Source of the DNA: Longimicrobiales bacterium
GTDB taxonomy: Bacteria; Gemmatimonadota; Gemmatimonadetes; Longimicrobiales; Gaopeijiaceae
Reading direction: 5' to 3'
Length of the DNA: 64,000 nucleotides
NCBI GenBank assembly: GCA_965226375.1
Contig: CBDDCX010000008.1
Span: 1 to 64,000, forward strand
Shown: piece after piece, positions 62,586 to 64,000 of the stretch
Position numbering within the stretch: the first letter of the stretch is position 1
Layout of the letters: the number at the start of each line of letters is the position of its first letter
The notes under the pieces: model-generated
Seen by the model: the letters and a program-made list of their open reading frames with translations, nothing else
Told to the model about the DNA's origin: nothing
Database searches by the model: none
Position numbers and translations under genes: made by a program

Positions 62586-62633
62586 GCGCGAAGGCGCGCA
62601 GAAGGGCCCGGCGGGAGAGCGGCGTTATCGGAC
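62586..62633 (-). repeat. Half attC-like site downstream of the amidohydrolase
   Basis: GCGCGAAGGCGCGC...AGGGCCCGGCGGGAGAGCGGCGTTAT almost identical to 57397-57439. Confidence 0.7.
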
Positions 62634-62694
62634 GTGCGCTGGGCCGGCGTACGTGAGGCTAGCCACTCCGACCAGATCCTGGCGTGAAGGAGGC

Positions 62695-63954
62695 CTACGA
62701 CCGAGGACGAACGATCTGCCCGCCCCGGATTACGAACGACGGCCGGCGGAGGGATATGATGTCCGTCAACGGATCGTCTATGTATGCGACGAGGTCGGCG
62801 ACCTTGCCTACCTCTACAGAGCCGAAGTCGTCGGCCACACCGATCACGGCTGCGCCGACGGAGGTGGCAGACGCGATGACTTCGAGCGGGGTCAGCCCAA
62901 CGGATTCCAGCAGCATCTCGATCTCGTCGAAGAGCGACGGCCCGTCTGTTCCGGTCGAGATTGGGATACCCATCTCATGGGCCCGCCGGGTGAGCTCGAC
63001 GGCCCATGCCGACGCTTCGTCTCCGACGGCCCCTGAGATCGTTGAGATCGTCGCATCCAGGATCATGCCTCGGTCACGCATGATCTCAAGAACGGCAGTC
63101 ACTTCAGGGGAATCCGGCGAGACGGAGCCGTACGGCGCTGGTGGTCCAAAGGGGTTGTGGGGGTGTGAACCGTTGTAGGTGGCGGGCAACTCCTCCGCGC
63201 CTTCCCAAACGAAGAGGGCGGCATGCGAGATGACGTGCACACCGCTGGCTGCCACGACGGACGGCCTAGTCGGAAACACGACCGGATGGCTCCAGACTCG
63301 CATTCCGGCGTTGCCAGCCGATGTTGCGATCGTTGTCACCAGCGTCGGGGGTAAGTCTGAGTAGATCTTGATGCCAGTCGCGCCACTCTCTCTCGCCCCA
63401 CGAAGTCCGGCGTCGAGATCGGTCGTGTCGGTCACGGCCAGCAGCCAAGTCGCGTGACCTTCGCTGGAGTATGTGGGCTGCACTCTGGGGTCGTCCCGCA
63501 TGAACGTGGGGCCAGCCCAGAATGCTGACCAATACAATCGCGTGAGCTGGGATGTGTCCGCCGAAGCAACGAGGTCAGAATAGTCGGCTGCGCAGCACGC
63601 CATTTCGCGCGCAGACGTGATTCCGGCACGGAGCATGGCGTCCAAGACCGTCCCTATTCCGTCCACATCCCGCGCTACGATGTGCTTGTGTGAGTCGATG
63701 AGTCCGGGCGTGACGAAGAGTCCGGCTGCATCAACTGTCCCGACGTCGTCGGGAAGCGCTGGTCGGACCGAGGTGATCCGCCCGCCCGTCACCTCAATGG
63801 TCCGATTGGGTTGTGGTGCGGAACCGAGACCATCTATCACAGTGACGTTGGCCAGGACCAGGTCCGGTGTGGTTCCGGAGGGGGAATCAGGTCCACCACA
63901 CGCGAGGAGTAGGAGTAGGACGCCCGTGGCCACCAGTCGAACGTTGAGCTTCAT
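62695..63954 (-). CDS. Amidohydrolase-family lipoprotein
   Basis: LLAC lipobox; PGLIDSHKH, GIKIY, WSH, ISH, TGTD, GSVEVGKVADLV. Confidence 0.92.
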   Translation of the reverse strand: MKLNVRLVATGVLLLLLACGGPDSPSGTTPDLVLANVTVIDGLGSAPQPNRTIEVTGGRITSVRPALPDDVGTVDAAGLFVTPGLIDSHKHIVARDVDGIGTVLDAMLRAGITSAREMACCAADYSDLVASADTSQLTRLYWSAFWAGPTFMRDDPRVQPTYSSEGHATWLLAVTDTTDLDAGLRGARESGATGIKIYSDLPPTLVTTIATSAGNAGMRVWSHPVVFPTRPSVVAASGVHVISHAALFVWEGAEELPATYNGSHPHNPFGPPAPYGSVSPDSPEVTAVLEIMRDRGMILDATISTISGAVGDEASAWAVELTRRAHEMGIPISTGTDGPSLFDEIEMLLESVGLTPLEVIASATSVGAAVIGVADDFGSVEVGKVADLVAYIDDPLTDIISLRRPSFVIRGGQIVRPRS

Positions 63955-64000
63955 GTTCCGTCCCTCGGTCCCGGATCACTGATTCTTCTAGGTAGGCCCA

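Overview
High-GC bacterial window. ADOP-type permease, non-Bacteroidota-style SusC/SusD, M28 peptidases and DUF1552/ankyrin genes suggest Gemmatimonadota or a relative (inference). Many single-base frameshifts and some garbled stretches point to a noisy long-read consensus, so pseudogene calls are tentative. Layout: (1) 1-8.5 kb, transporter and peptidase genes. (2) 8.8-18.2 kb, IS graveyard (IS3-like, IS1595, IS256) plus an ssb/primase-ATPase remnant. (3) 18.2-39.1 kb, a block bounded by two perfect inverted 28-bp IS ends with a GGG duplication that splits a GntR gene, so the block appears circularly permuted. It carries ECF sigma, SusC/SusD, proline dehydrogenase, proline racemase and six atypical exported M19-like dipeptidases, five of them in a 2401-bp tandem array. 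(4) Two 3'-half tRNA att scars (CAT anticodon at 39988, Pro-GGG at 47624), a lone terminase, a cyclase-like orphan and a compact Cro-Xis-Int module. (5) 57.3-64 kb, an IS-riddled array of cassette-like genes separated by about 145-150-bp attC-like hairpins with no integron integrase in the window. One unit pairs a PD-(D/E)XK nuclease with a ChaC/GGCT-motif protein. No CRISPR array, rRNA, intact tRNA or reverse transcriptase was seen.
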